Shown here: positions 1 to 10,495 of the stretch, in pieces
Layout: every line of letters begins with the position of its first letter
Position numbering within the stretch: the stretch's first letter is position 1
DNA from: Clostridia bacterium
Lineage (GTDB): Bacteria; Bacillota; Clostridia; CAKSNL01; HGM11501
DNA: 64,000 nt
Assembly (NCBI GenBank): GCA_045545475.1
Contig: JAZQAZ010000008.1
Coordinates: 122,691 to 186,690 of the forward strand
Direction of reading: 5' to 3'
Program-made: the position numbers and the translations under genes
The notes under the pieces: model-generated
The model's input: the letters and a program-made list of their open reading frames with translations, nothing else
Told to the model about the DNA's origin: nothing
Database searches by the model: none

Positions 1-98
1 CAATGGAATCTGCAGATATGCTTTACGGCGTGACAATGCAGGAAAAAGGCGTTACAAAGCTTCTTAGCCTTAAGTTAAGCGAAGTAGACCAGAATTAA
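1..98 (+). CDS. smc: Chromosome segregation protein SMC, C-terminal fragment (partial)
   Basis: Frame from nt 3 reads MESADMLYGVTMQEKGVTKLLSLKLSEVDQN*, the typical SMC C-terminus; directly upstream of ftsY as in the conserved smc-ftsY order. Confidence 0.9.
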   Translation, partial: MESADMLYGVTMQEKGVTKLLSLKLSEVDQN

Positions 99-116
99 AA
101 AAAACGGAGATTTATT

Positions 117-1022
117 ATGGGATTTTTTGATAAGTTAAAGGAAGGGCTCGGAAAAACAAGAGCAGCACTTAAAGGCGCGGTCGATAATGTATTTGTTGCC
201 TTTAGTAAAATTGATGATGATTTATATGACGAGCTTGAAGAAGCTTTAATTCTTGCGGATCTTGGCGGAGAAACCGCAATGGAAATTGTGGATGAACTAA
301 GAGAACGTGTAAAATCAAAAAGAATTAATGATACAGAGGAAGCAAAACAGGAGCTTTTCACTCTTATAGGAGAAATTCTTGAGGGCGACGCCAATCTTGA
401 TTTGTCAGGTAAACCTGCTGTTGTTATGGTGATAGGTGTAAATGGCGTAGGTAAAACAACATCAATAGGAAAAATTACATCTGTACTTAAAAATAGTGGA
501 AAAAAGGTCATTCTCGCTGCCGCAGATACATTCAGAGCTGCTGCAATTGATCAGCTGGGAGTATGGGCCGAGCGAAACGATGTGCCTATGATTCGCCATG
601 AAGAAGGATCAGACCCTGCTTCGGTTGTATTTGACGCTTGTGCTGCAGCTAAGAGCAGAGGGGCGGATGTTCTTATCTGTGATACAGCAGGAAGACTTCA
701 TAACAAGAAAAATCTTATGGATGAGCTTCAAAAGATTTACAGAGTAATAAGAAGAGAACTTCCTGAATCCAGCCTTGAGGTTTTGCTTGTGCTTGATGCC
801 ACAACCGGACAAAATGCGGTTAATCAGGCTGAAATGTTTAAGGAAACCGCTGATATAACCGGCATTGTTTTAACTAAGCTGGATGGAACTGCAAAAGGCG
901 GGATTGTAATTAATATTAAGAAAAAATTGGATATTCCCGTTAAATTTGTTGGCGTTGGAGAAGGAATTGAAGATTTACAGGTTTTTGAGTCTGAAAGTTT
1001 TGCGAAAGCCTTATTTGAATAA
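117..1022 (+). CDS. ftsY: Signal recognition particle receptor FtsY
   Basis: GVNGVGKTT, DTFRAAA, DTAGR and TKLDGTAKGG SRP-GTPase motifs. Confidence 0.97.
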   Translation: MGFFDKLKEGLGKTRAALKGAVDNVFVAFSKIDDDLYDELEEALILADLGGETAMEIVDELRERVKSKRINDTEEAKQELFTLIGEILEGDANLDLSGKPAVVMVIGVNGVGKTTSIGKITSVLKNSGKKVILAAADTFRAAAIDQLGVWAERNDVPMIRHEEGSDPASVVFDACAAAKSRGADVLICDTAGRLHNKKNLMDELQKIYRVIRRELPESSLEVLLVLDATTGQNAVNQAEMFKETADITGIVLTKLDGTAKGGIVINIKKKLDIPVKFVGVGEGIEDLQVFESESFAKALFE

Positions 1023-1029
1023 AAGCTAC

Positions 1030-1066
1030 ACACCCTCTTGAGCCTGTTGCGTTCAGGAGGGTGTTT
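1030..1066 (+). terminator. Hairpin after ftsY (possible weak terminator)
   Basis: ACACCCTCTTGAGC...GTTCAGGAGGGTGT stem with G-U pairs and only a short T-tail. Confidence 0.45.
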
Positions 1067-1086
1067 GGTAAAAGAAAGGATTAATT

Positions 1087-3717
1087 ATGAAAAAAGTTAA
1101 ATGTATTTTAACAGTTTTAATTATCTTAGCCGCAATATTGTTGGCAGCAGGAAGCTTTTACGGAGACTTTGTTGAATATGAAGAAATAGGCTATACATCA
1201 GCTCTGATTACGAACATTATAGCAAAATCAGGGGTTTACGTTTCGGTGTTCCTGATTTTTCTCACCTTGTTTTTTATCAACCTGTTTTTCGTAAAGAAAA
1301 ATCTTAAGCTTATTAATGAGCATCACGGCATTGAAAATCATAAAATTGCAGTTTTTTTCTTAACTTTATTTGCAGCATTTATATGTGCTTTTATAATAGG
1401 TGAGGTTAATTATGAAACAGTGCTTGTATTCTTAAACAGAACTCCTTTTGGCGAATATGATGCGGTTTTCGGAAAAGACATTTCCTTTTATATGTTTGAA
1501 ATGCCTTTTTATAAGCTTATTTCGAATGTGCTTTCGTTGGCTTTTTTAGCAGGTGTTGTATATTCTGCGGTATTATATTATATCTGTTCTTTAAGGGGAA
1601 ATGTTTCGGGGATAAAAGAAAAATACGGTATAATAACACACCTTGTTACAGTAACTTTGCTTTTTGTTGCAACTAAAGCCTTCTCGCTATACTTAAAAGG
1701 ATTTGAAATTCTTTTCGGGAAATTTACTTCAGGACTTACAGGTGCCGGCGTGACAGCGATCTATTTTTATAAGCTTTTCTACACTGTTGCACCAATAATA
1801 CTTGTTGTTCTTTCTGCATTAATGATATTGTTTATCTTAAGACGGAGCAAGAAACCTTTTGTGATATCTTTAATATCGGCACCTATTATAGTGGCGATAT
1901 TTTTTGCAATTGCATTTTTATTCCAAACATTATATGTTAATCCCAGAGAAGTTACAGCCGAAGCACCATATATAGTTAACAATATTGAGGCAACGCGAAA
2001 GGCTTACGGTATAAACGATATAGAGGAAAAAATATTTGATGTTGAATATAATCTGACAGCAGAAGATATTAAGAATAATTCTTCTACAGTGGAAAACATA
2101 CGAATTACGGATAACAATGCAAATTTAACCGTTGCAAATGCACTTCAGGCTACAAGAGGATATTATAGTTTTGGAGATGTTGATATTTTACCGTATTTTA
2201 TTAATGGAGAAAAACGTGGAATCAGTACGGCAGTAAGAGAACTGGATATTAAAAAACTTGATGATAGCAGTAAAAGTTATATAAACACAAAACTCAGATA
2301 TACTCATGGCTACGGAGTAGTGATGAGTCATATAAATTCGGTTACAGAAGAGGGACAACCTGATTATATAGTGCAGGACGTTCCGCTGAAAGCTACAGAT
2401 GAAGCTCCTGAAATAAGTGTTCCGCAGATATACTACGGCGAATTTACAAACGATTACTCCATTGTAAACACAGAATATAAAGAACTTGATTATATGAAGG
2501 ACGGAGAGACTGTTGAAACAACCTATGCAGGAAAAGGCGGATTAAAGCTTTCGCTTCTTAACAGAATCTATTATTCGGTAAAAAACGGAGACTGGATGAT
2601 GCTTATATCAGGTTATATAAATTCCGACAGTAAACTGCTTATTAATAGAAATGTTATACAAAGAGCTCAGAAAATCGCACCGTATCTTTTGTTTGATTCA
2701 GATCCTTATATTATAGCGAATGATGAAGGAAGACTTATATGGGTTATCGATGCATATACGCTTTCCGACAAATATCCCTATAGCCAGGAGTATGCAAACA
2801 TCAATTATATAAGAAACAGCATAAAAGTTACTGTAGATGCATATGACGGAACGGTAAACTTTTATGTTACTGATACATCCGATCCGATTGCTGCGACATA
2901 TATGAATATTTATCCGGATGTTTATAAGTCTGATTTACCATCCGATGTCGCTTCCCATATCCGTTATCCGGAATTTTTATTTAAGATACAGATGGAGCTA
3001 TATGAAAGTTATCATGTAACAAATCCTGAAACTTTTTACAGTAAAAGTGATATCTGGCTCACAGCGAAAGAAAAATATAATAATTCTCAGGAAAAAGATG
3101 TGGAGCCGTATTATAACATCATGCACCTGAAGGATGAAAATGAAACAGACATGGTTTTAATGCTTCCTTTCATTCCAAAAGCAAAACAGAATTTGATTGC
3201 CTGGGTAGGTGTGTCATCAAATTACGAGACATACGGAGATATGGTAGTATATAAATTTCCCGAAGGATCTCCGGTAAACGGAACGCTTCAGGTCGAAAAC
3301 CTTATTTCTTCAGATCCTGATATATCTGAGCAGATTTCTCTATGGGATCAGGGAGATTCGAATGTAATGAAAGGAAATCTCTTGGTTATTCCTATAGAAA
3401 ATTCGATTATCTATGTAGAACCTTTGTATATAACCAGCGGAGCAGAATCATCTATACCGCAAGTAAAACGAATTCTTATGGCGTATGGTGACAGAGTTGT
3501 TATGGCCGAAGATCTTGAAGGTGCTTTTTCTATGTTGTTTGGGGAAACAGAAACGGAAATTTTCACTGAGGATATTAACGACGATAATACAGAAAACTCT
3601 GAAGAATTAAAGCGAATTCGTGATGTTTATACTGAAGTGAAATCGGCTTTTGAAAGCGGTAACTGGACACTCTTCGGCGAAAAAATGGAAGAGTTGGAAA
3701 AATTGCTTGGAAACTGA
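1087..3717 (+). CDS. UPF0182 family membrane protein
   Basis: About 7 N-terminal TM segments, then YTHGYG, NYIRNSIKVTVDAYDG, GNLLVIP and YVEPLY motifs. Confidence 0.9.
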   Translation: MKKVKCILTVLIILAAILLAAGSFYGDFVEYEEIGYTSALITNIIAKSGVYVSVFLIFLTLFFINLFFVKKNLKLINEHHGIENHKIAVFFLTLFAAFICAFIIGEVNYETVLVFLNRTPFGEYDAVFGKDISFYMFEMPFYKLISNVLSLAFLAGVVYSAVLYYICSLRGNVSGIKEKYGIITHLVTVTLLFVATKAFSLYLKGFEILFGKFTSGLTGAGVTAIYFYKLFYTVAPIILVVLSALMILFILRRSKKPFVISLISAPIIVAIFFAIAFLFQTLYVNPREVTAEAPYIVNNIEATRKAYGINDIEEKIFDVEYNLTAEDIKNNSSTVENIRITDNNANLTVANALQATRGYYSFGDVDILPYFINGEKRGISTAVRELDIKKLDDSSKSYINTKLRYTHGYGVVMSHINSVTEEGQPDYIVQDVPLKATDEAPEISVPQIYYGEFTNDYSIVNTEYKELDYMKDGETVETTYAGKGGLKLSLLNRIYYSVKNGDWMMLISGYINSDSKLLINRNVIQRAQKIAPYLLFDSDPYIIANDEGRLIWVIDAYTLSDKYPYSQEYANINYIRNSIKVTVDAYDGTVNFYVTDTSDPIAATYMNIYPDVYKSDLPSDVASHIRYPEFLFKIQMELYESYHVTNPETFYSKSDIWLTAKEKYNNSQEKDVEPYYNIMHLKDENETDMVLMLPFIPKAKQNLIAWVGVSSNYETYGDMVVYKFPEGSPVNGTLQVENLISSDPDISEQISLWDQGDSNVMKGNLLVIPIENSIIYVEPLYITSGAESSIPQVKRILMAYGDRVVMAEDLEGAFSMLFGETETEIFTEDINDDNTENSEELKRIRDVYTEVKSAFESGNWTLFGEKMEELEKLLGN

Positions 3718-3735
3718 CAGAAAGAGGGAATAATA

Positions 3736-4215
3736 ATGGCAAAAGAAGTTAAAACAAATGCAATGCGAATACTCGATAAAGCCAAAGTCTCTTATGTTCC
3801 GCATCATTATAGTGCGGACGATGGTAAAATAGACGGCATTTCTGTTGCAGAAAAGATAGGATACCCCAAAGAGGTGGTATACAAAACACTTGTAACCGTT
3901 GCTCCGTCAAAGCAATATTATGTATTTGTTATACCGGTGGAGAAGGAGCTTGACTTAAAAGCTGCTGCAAAAGCTGTAGGGGAGAAATCAGTTGAAATGA
4001 TTCATGTCGCAGACATTAATAAAGTCACTGGCTACATCAGGGGAGGGTGTAGCCCGGTCGGCATGAAAAAAGAGTATAAAACAGTAATGGATGAAAGCGT
4101 AAAAGATTTGGATAAATTTTTTGTTAGTGCGGGCAGGATAGGTTCGCAGCTGGAAATAGAACCATCAGAACTTAAGAAAGTAGTCGATTATGAAATTTCC
4201 CCTATAACTTTTTGA
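3736..4215 (+). CDS. ybaK: Cys-tRNA(Pro) deacylase YbaK
   Basis: KTNAMRILD, VYKTLV, TGYIRGGCSPVG and SAGRIG motifs. Confidence 0.93.
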   Translation: MAKEVKTNAMRILDKAKVSYVPHHYSADDGKIDGISVAEKIGYPKEVVYKTLVTVAPSKQYYVFVIPVEKELDLKAAAKAVGEKSVEMIHVADINKVTGYIRGGCSPVGMKKEYKTVMDESVKDLDKFFVSAGRIGSQLEIEPSELKKVVDYEISPITF

Positions 4216-4221
4216 ATATGG

Positions 4222-4250
4222 TTGACAAAAGTTTTTTTATGTGGTAAAAT
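4222..4250 (+). promoter_or_regulatory. sigma-A promoter for GH35 gene
   Basis: TTGACA-17 bp-TAAAAT with extended -10 TG. Confidence 0.75.
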
Positions 4251-4298
4251 TTTCTTAAAGTAAATCGTCACAGAGTGACAAAAAGAGAGGGGTATATT

Positions 4299-6104
4299 AT
4301 GTTAACGGTAAAAGATAAAAAATTTTACTTAAACGGGGAAGAGTTTAAAATTCACAGCGGTTCTCTGCATTATTTTCGCGCACTTCCTGAATATTGGGAA
4401 GAACTTCTTATAAAAATAAAAGCTGCAGGCTTTAATTGTGTTGAAACATACACCTGTTGGAACTTACATGAACCTAAAAAGGGAGAGTATAATTTCGAAG
4501 GAATGCTTGATCTTGAGCATTTCATTGAAACTGCTGATAAAGTAGGACTTAAAGTGATTTTAAGAACAGGGCCTTTCATTTGTGCCGAATGGGAGAATGG
4601 CGGCCTTCCTGCGTGGCTTCTTAAGGATCCTTCGATAAGATTAAGATGTAATTCGGAACCTTATATAACACATCTCCATGATTGGTTTAAAGTGCTTCTT
4701 GCAAAAATAAAACCTCATCTCGACACAAATGGCGGTCCGGTAATCGCCATGGCTGTTGAAAATGAATACGGATCATTCGGCGATGATTTCTCTTATCTTG
4801 CAAAGGTTAAAGAAATTTATTTAGAAGCAGGAATCGACTGTCTACTTTTTGCCTCGGACGGAAGCGGTGAATATTATTTTTCTACCGGAAGAGCCGATAT
4901 GGACATGATACAGGCTTCAGATTTCGGTGTTGGTAATGCAAAGAACGAAATTGTAAAAATTGATGAATTTGATGACCGTATGCCTTATTTCTGCGTTGAA
5001 TACTGGGCCGGAAATTTCTCATCATGGTGTGAGCCTGCGTGCCACAAGGACAGCATTGAGAAAACTAAGCAGGATATAAACGATATGATAGATCTCGGTG
5101 CAAGCTTCAATGTATATATGATTTTCGGAGGAACAAATTTCGGATTCACGGGCGGAGCTAATACAACCGGACCTACTCCTATACGTTTCTTTACTACAAG
5201 TTATGACTATGATGCGGCAATTACGGAATGGGGAGGGTATACACAGCGTTATTTTGATATGAAGGAAGCTCTTGAACGTGATGCGGGAAAACCTGCTGAT
5301 GTTCCGGTTCCGCCTTCCCCGACTTTCCAGAATATCGGTGAAGTTACACTTACAAAAAGTGCATCTCTTTTCGATAATCAACATATCGGAACTAAACATC
5401 ATAGTACCACAGTTGAATGCATGGAGCACTTTGATCAGACAAACGGATATATACTTTATCGTAAGGTTATGGACTATACATGCCCCATTGATTATGTGGA
5501 TATGATTGATATACGCGACAGAGCATATGTATTCTTAAACGGAGAATTTATCGGTATGCGTATGCGCGGAGAGGATGAATCTGCTGTTAAGTTACCTAAA
5601 ACTCTCGAAAAAGGCGATGTTGTTGAAGTTCTTGTTGAAAATATGGGAAGAATATGCTTTGCTCGTCCCACATATCTTGGAGACAGAAAGGGTATACTCG
5701 GCGGTATCTTCCTTTCACCTTCTCCGAATGGAGGAGGAAAGTGTGCGTTCAATTGGGATGTCACATGCTTTGAAATGGACAATATAGAAAAAGTTAATTA
5801 TAGCGACGGAACAGAGGTTAAATGCCCGGCGTTCTTTAAGGGGACATTTAAAGCTGAGACAAAGGAAAGCTGCTTTATACATTTCGATAATTTCAAGAAA
5901 GGTCTCATATATATCAACGGTTTCAATATCGGAAGATATTGGGAGAGAGGTCCTCAGACTGCTCTTTATCTTCCCGGAGCACTTCTTAAGGAAGAAAATG
6001 AAATTGTTGTATTTGAAGCAGAAGGATTAAAGGGAGCACCGGTGCTTACATTCAACGATAAGCACGGACTTGGAGATCATAATCCAGAAGTAATTGTAAA
6101 ATAA
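4299..6104 (+). CDS. GH35 beta-galactosidase
   Basis: SGSLHYFR, GPFICAEW, VENEYGS, EYWAG, GGTNFG and TSYDYDA motifs; ATG 4299 follows GAGAGGGG. Confidence 0.92.
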   Translation: MLTVKDKKFYLNGEEFKIHSGSLHYFRALPEYWEELLIKIKAAGFNCVETYTCWNLHEPKKGEYNFEGMLDLEHFIETADKVGLKVILRTGPFICAEWENGGLPAWLLKDPSIRLRCNSEPYITHLHDWFKVLLAKIKPHLDTNGGPVIAMAVENEYGSFGDDFSYLAKVKEIYLEAGIDCLLFASDGSGEYYFSTGRADMDMIQASDFGVGNAKNEIVKIDEFDDRMPYFCVEYWAGNFSSWCEPACHKDSIEKTKQDINDMIDLGASFNVYMIFGGTNFGFTGGANTTGPTPIRFFTTSYDYDAAITEWGGYTQRYFDMKEALERDAGKPADVPVPPSPTFQNIGEVTLTKSASLFDNQHIGTKHHSTTVECMEHFDQTNGYILYRKVMDYTCPIDYVDMIDIRDRAYVFLNGEFIGMRMRGEDESAVKLPKTLEKGDVVEVLVENMGRICFARPTYLGDRKGILGGIFLSPSPNGGGKCAFNWDVTCFEMDNIEKVNYSDGTEVKCPAFFKGTFKAETKESCFIHFDNFKKGLIYINGFNIGRYWERGPQTALYLPGALLKEENEIVVFEAEGLKGAPVLTFNDKHGLGDHNPEVIVK

Positions 6105-6109
6105 AAATA

Positions 6110-6148
6110 AAAAAGACTCATCGGAAAAAAAACCGATGAGTCTTTTTT
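6110..6148. terminator. Bidirectional intrinsic terminator
   Basis: AAAAAGACTCATCGG-loop-CCGATGAGTCTTTTTT between convergent genes. Confidence 0.85.
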
Positions 6149-6152
6149 GTAC

Positions 6153-6578
6153 TCAGTTTTTCTTGAAATCTTCTTTACTGTATAAAGTTACATTATGCTG
6201 CTTCAATGTTTCAACGCCTTTTTTGCCATCCTCAAATCTGAACACTGCATAAGCTTCTTCGCCGGAAACGGCTGTGAAAGCATACATATACTCGATATTA
6301 ATGTTTTCGTTATCGAGGATTTCAAGTATTGCAGACAGGCTTCCGACCTCATGTTTTATCATTGCCACAGTAACTTCTGTTATGGAAACTATGATATCAT
6401 TTGCCTTAAGGATTTCATAACCCTTCTGATAATCGCTCACAACCATTCTGAGAATACCGAAATCTGCGGTATCGGCAATTGACATTGCATCTATGTCAAT
6501 GTCTTCTTTTGTCAAAAGTTCGGTTATTTTTGCAAGAGAACCTTTTTTGTTTTCTAAAAATACTGAAAGCTGTTTCAT
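6153..6578 (-). CDS. Tandem ACT domain protein
   Basis: KQLSVFLENKKGSL, SIADTADFGILR and NIEYMYAF; usual partner of paaK; GGAGGT RBS before ATG 6578. Confidence 0.88.
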   Translation of the reverse strand: MKQLSVFLENKKGSLAKITELLTKEDIDIDAMSIADTADFGILRMVVSDYQKGYEILKANDIIVSITEVTVAMIKHEVGSLSAILEILDNENINIEYMYAFTAVSGEEAYAVFRFEDGKKGVETLKQHNVTLYSKEDFKKN

Positions 6579-6592
6579 AAACGTACCTCCTG

Positions 6593-7894
6593 TCAATGAA
6601 GTTTTCTTTTATCTATAACTCTTACGGCCTTACCTTCGCTGCGGGCAATGGATTTGGGACTTACAAGATGAACTTTGGGGCCGATTCCAAGCATATCACG
6701 AAGTGCAGTTTCAAGCTGCTTTTCCTTTTGAGTTATTGCCTTAACGGTATCGTCAAAGTGCTCTGGAGAAAGCTCGACGTTTACATCTAATGTATCGGTG
6801 TTGTTTACACGGTCAACGATAATCTGATAATTGGGAGAATATCCTTCTTTGATAAGAACTGTTTCAATTTGAGAGGGGAATACATTTACGCCTCTTATAA
6901 TCAGCATATCATCGCTTCTTCCTGAAGGTTTAAGCATTTTTATATGCGTTCTTCCGCAGGAGCAAGGTTTTCTGCTTAATACGCATATGTCTCTTGTTCT
7001 GTAGCGGATAACAGGGAACGCTTCTTTGTCAAGGCAAGTGAATACAAGCTCACCTGGAGTTCCTTCGGGAAGAACTTCGCCTGTATCGGGATCTATTATT
7101 TCCGGAAGGAAATGGTCTTCGTTTATATGCATACCGGTCTGTTCTTCGCATTCAAAGGATACGCCAGGGCCACTGATTTCAGTAAGGCCATAAATATCAT
7201 AAGCTTTTATACCGAGCGATTTTTCAATATCTTTACGCATTTCCTCGGTCCAGGGTTCTGCACCGAAAATTCCGGCCTTAAGGAAGTTGTCTTCAGGCTT
7301 GTAACCCATTTCCTTTAAGGTTTCGCCTATATATGCGGCGTATGACGGAGTGCAACAGATTATAGATGACTTTAAGTCAATCATAAACTGAATCTGACGC
7401 TCTGTGTTTCCTGATGACATGGGAACAGTAAGGCAACCTACTTTATGTGAACCACCGTTTAAGCCTGGACCACCAGTAAATAAGCCATAACCGTATGCAA
7501 CTTGACAAACATCGTCTTTGGTGCCACCTGCAGCAACAATAGCACGGGCACAGCAATCTTCCCAGAGGTTGATATCATTTTGTGTATAATAAGCAATTAC
7601 TCTTTTACCAGTAGTGCCAGATGTGGACTGTATTCGGACACAATCAGAAAGAGGAACTGCGAGCATTCCGTAAGGATAGGTTTCTCTTAAGTCTCCTTTT
7701 GTTATAAAAGGGAGTTTATGTAAATCTTCGATACCGTGGATATCTTCGGGCTTTACTCCTTTTTCATCCATAAGATTACGGTAGTAGGGGACATTGTCGT
7801 AAACGTGTTTGATTTGTTTGACAAGTTTTTCGGATTGAAGAGCCTTGATTTGTTCTACAGGCATTGTTTCAATCTCTTTTTGATAGTAATTCAT
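6593..7894 (-). CDS. paaK: Phenylacetate-CoA ligase family protein
   Basis: STSGTTG, YGLFTGG, GAEPW, YGLTE, RYRTRD and GRSDDMLIIRGVNVFP motifs. Confidence 0.9.
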   Translation of the reverse strand: MNYYQKEIETMPVEQIKALQSEKLVKQIKHVYDNVPYYRNLMDEKGVKPEDIHGIEDLHKLPFITKGDLRETYPYGMLAVPLSDCVRIQSTSGTTGKRVIAYYTQNDINLWEDCCARAIVAAGGTKDDVCQVAYGYGLFTGGPGLNGGSHKVGCLTVPMSSGNTERQIQFMIDLKSSIICCTPSYAAYIGETLKEMGYKPEDNFLKAGIFGAEPWTEEMRKDIEKSLGIKAYDIYGLTEISGPGVSFECEEQTGMHINEDHFLPEIIDPDTGEVLPEGTPGELVFTCLDKEAFPVIRYRTRDICVLSRKPCSCGRTHIKMLKPSGRSDDMLIIRGVNVFPSQIETVLIKEGYSPNYQIIVDRVNNTDTLDVNVELSPEHFDDTVKAITQKEKQLETALRDMLGIGPKVHLVSPKSIARSEGKAVRVIDKRKLH

Positions 7895-7932
7895 TTTTAT
7901 GCACACTCCTTGTTTATTTATTCAATATCAAT

Positions 7933-7961
7933 AGTATAATTTCAAAGATTGATTTTGTCAA
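7933..7961 (-). promoter_or_regulatory. sigma-A promoter for paaK-ACT
   Basis: TTGACA-17 bp-TATACT on minus strand. Confidence 0.7.
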
Positions 7962-8696
7962 TTATTTTTTTCTGTAAACACTTGGGGAAACTCCAAATTC
8001 TTTTTTGAATTCTTTGGAAAAATAAAACTGGTCATAAAATCCTGCTTCAATAGCAATATCCGAAATTGGTTTATCTGTATTAAGTAAAAGATTAGTTGCG
8101 TGGGAGATTCTGCATTTTCTTATATATTGCTTTGGAGATTCGTTAAGATGTTCTGAAAAAAGTTTATATATTGCCGATTCTGAAATATTCGCACTTTTGG
8201 CCATGTCGGAAATATTAAAACTCTGAGAATGGTTGTTTTCTATATAGGAAATGAGCGGAAGCAACTTCTGATTAATACGATTATCTTCTTTTTCAATAAA
8301 TGTTTCCGAATTGTATATTATCAGATATTCCATTGACTTTTTCAGTATGTCTTCCGTCTTATTCGTGGAACTAAATCCGTAAAAGTACTTTTCTAAATTT
8401 TTAGAAATAGTTTCCTCAGAGGAACAGTGAATAAATGATTTGTTTTTTGGCATAGAGAATTCTTTTTCATATATGTAATATGAAAAAGAGGCTATGGACA
8501 CATTTCTTTTTTGCGGATACGAGAATGAAACAATTGTAAACGGAGGAATGATTATTGTTTCGTTTGTGGAAACTTCATCTGTTTTGCCGCCCGAACTGAT
8601 GTTTAAGTTGCCTTCTTTTAGGTATACAATTTTTGTATATATGTCATTTTTAAAATCGATGGATTCGCCTGTAATTAAATCGTATCTTATATCCAT
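7962..8696 (-). CDS. AraC family transcriptional regulator
   Basis: C-terminal double HTH (IAIEAGFYDQFYFSKEFKKEFGVSPSVYR); start ATG 8696 after GAGGTG. Confidence 0.88.
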   Translation of the reverse strand: MDIRYDLITGESIDFKNDIYTKIVYLKEGNLNISSGGKTDEVSTNETIIIPPFTIVSFSYPQKRNVSIASFSYYIYEKEFSMPKNKSFIHCSSEETISKNLEKYFYGFSSTNKTEDILKKSMEYLIIYNSETFIEKEDNRINQKLLPLISYIENNHSQSFNISDMAKSANISESAIYKLFSEHLNESPKQYIRKCRISHATNLLLNTDKPISDIAIEAGFYDQFYFSKEFKKEFGVSPSVYRKK

Positions 8697-8714
8697 ATAA
8701 TCACCTCTGAGTTT

Positions 8715-8778
8715 ATTATATATAATAAAAATGAATTTGTCAAAACCTATTGAAAATAAAATCATTTAGTGGTATAAT
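8715..8778. promoter_or_regulatory. Back-to-back divergent sigma-A promoters (araC and recJ operon)
   Basis: Minus strand TTGACA(8743)-17-TATAAT(8720); plus strand TTGAAA(8750)-17-TATAAT(8773). Confidence 0.75.
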
Positions 8779-8805
8779 ATAAAGAAAATATTCGGAGGTG
8801 ATGAC

Positions 8806-10482
8806 TTGAGCAGAGTTAAATGGGTAGTCAGGGGTGAAGATGTCGCTAATGACACTGTATATTCGCTTATGAATGATTTGGGATGCGGATATCTTCTTGC
8901 TTCGGTATTATGCTCAAGGGGTATAACCAATGCTTCTGAAGCAAAAAAAATTACTGAGCACAAGGAAATTTGGCACGACCCTATGATGCTTCCGGATATT
9001 GCCCTTGCTGTCAACAGAATTAAAAATGCAAAAGCCGGAGATGAACTTGTTGCTGTGTTCGGCGACTATGATGCTGACGGAATAACCGCAACAATAATAA
9101 TGCAAGGTTGCCTTGAAGAATATGGGATAAAGACGGTTAAATACATACCTGACAGAGCTGATGAAGGATACGGTCTTAATACTAACGCTATAGACAAACT
9201 TAAAGCTGACGGAGTTAAATTAATTGTTACGGTTGATTGCGGAATAGCATCTGTAAATGAAATCAATTATGCAAAGAAACTAGGAATAGATACGATAGTT
9301 ACGGATCATCATAATTGTCCCGAAGTTATACCTGATTGTATAGCTGTTGTGAATCCGAAAAGGAAAAACAGTTTATATCCGTGCAAGTTTTTAGCCGGAG
9401 CAGGGGTCGCTTATAAATTTGCGTGTGCACTTATCGGAATCGAAAATGCAGAGAAATATCTGGAATTTGCGGCAATCGGAACTGTTGCGGATGTTGTTGA
9501 AATTAATGATGAAAACAGAAAAATAGTAACTGAAGGCCTTAAAATAATTAACACTCAACCATCATACGGAACAAATGCTTTGCTATATGCAGCATCAAAA
9601 AGCGAAGCGGACAGTACAACGCTTGCGTACATAATAGGGCCCAGAATAAATTGTGCGGGTCGTATGGAAAAGCCTGATGCGGCCTATGAGCTTCTGCATT
9701 CAAAGAGTGCAGAAGTGGCAGAAAGCTTTGCAGAAAAACTTAGTTGTCTTAACAAAGAAAGGCAAAAGTGCGAACAGGAAATATATGAAGAGGCCGTAAG
9801 TGAAATAAAGCGAAGAAATCTGCAAAACGATAAAGTTATAATTGTAGGAGGAAAGGGCTGGAATCCCGGCGTGATCGGGATTGCTGCCGCGAAAATTACC
9901 GAAAAAGCCTACAAACCTTGTATTTTAATAGCGTATGGAAATGACGGCATAGGCAGAGCTTCCGGCAGAAGTATTGACGGATTTGATCTTTACGAAGCTT
10001 TAAAGAACTGCGATGAGCAGCTTATAAAATACGGGGGACATTCGCTGGCTGCCGGTCTTACTATTGAAAGAGATAAAGAAGAACTCTTCAGAAAAAAAAT
10101 GAACGATTATGCGGAAAAAATTATGACAGAAGATTCTGCAATCAGAAAAATTTTTGTCGATTCCGTTATTACACCTGAAGTTATTACTGTGGAAGGAATT
10201 AGAGAACTGTCCCTTTTGGAGCCTTTCGGGACAGGAAACGAAAAACCTATATTCGCAATCGCAGATGCGAAAATTGCTGATATGCGTGAGTTATCAGACG
10301 GAAAACACTTGAAACTTACACTTAAAAAGAACGATAGAGTTTTAGACGCTATAGGCTTCGGACAAGGGCCCTTGGCTAAAAAACTTTATAAAGGAATGTC
10401 CGTATATGTGTCGGGAAACATTGAAATCAACGACTATAACGGACAACCGCAAATGATAGTAAGAGATATATTGTACAAATAA
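8806..10482 (+). CDS. recJ: ssDNA-specific exonuclease RecJ
   Basis: GDYDADG, TVDCG, TDHH, GTVADV, PRIN..GR and GGH motifs. Confidence 0.95.
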   Translation: MSRVKWVVRGEDVANDTVYSLMNDLGCGYLLASVLCSRGITNASEAKKITEHKEIWHDPMMLPDIALAVNRIKNAKAGDELVAVFGDYDADGITATIIMQGCLEEYGIKTVKYIPDRADEGYGLNTNAIDKLKADGVKLIVTVDCGIASVNEINYAKKLGIDTIVTDHHNCPEVIPDCIAVVNPKRKNSLYPCKFLAGAGVAYKFACALIGIENAEKYLEFAAIGTVADVVEINDENRKIVTEGLKIINTQPSYGTNALLYAASKSEADSTTLAYIIGPRINCAGRMEKPDAAYELLHSKSAEVAESFAEKLSCLNKERQKCEQEIYEEAVSEIKRRNLQNDKVIIVGGKGWNPGVIGIAAAKITEKAYKPCILIAYGNDGIGRASGRSIDGFDLYEALKNCDEQLIKYGGHSLAAGLTIERDKEELFRKKMNDYAEKIMTEDSAIRKIFVDSVITPEVITVEGIRELSLLEPFGTGNEKPIFAIADAKIADMRELSDGKHLKLTLKKNDRVLDAIGFGQGPLAKKLYKGMSVYVSGNIEINDYNGQPQMIVRDILYK

Positions 10483-10495
10483 AGGAGTGTTAATA

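Noticed and set aside
1030-1066. Hairpin after ftsY as SRP RNA or another ncRNA
   Set aside because: It lacks the SRP helix-8 GGAA tetraloop motif, and the 64-bp gap is too short.
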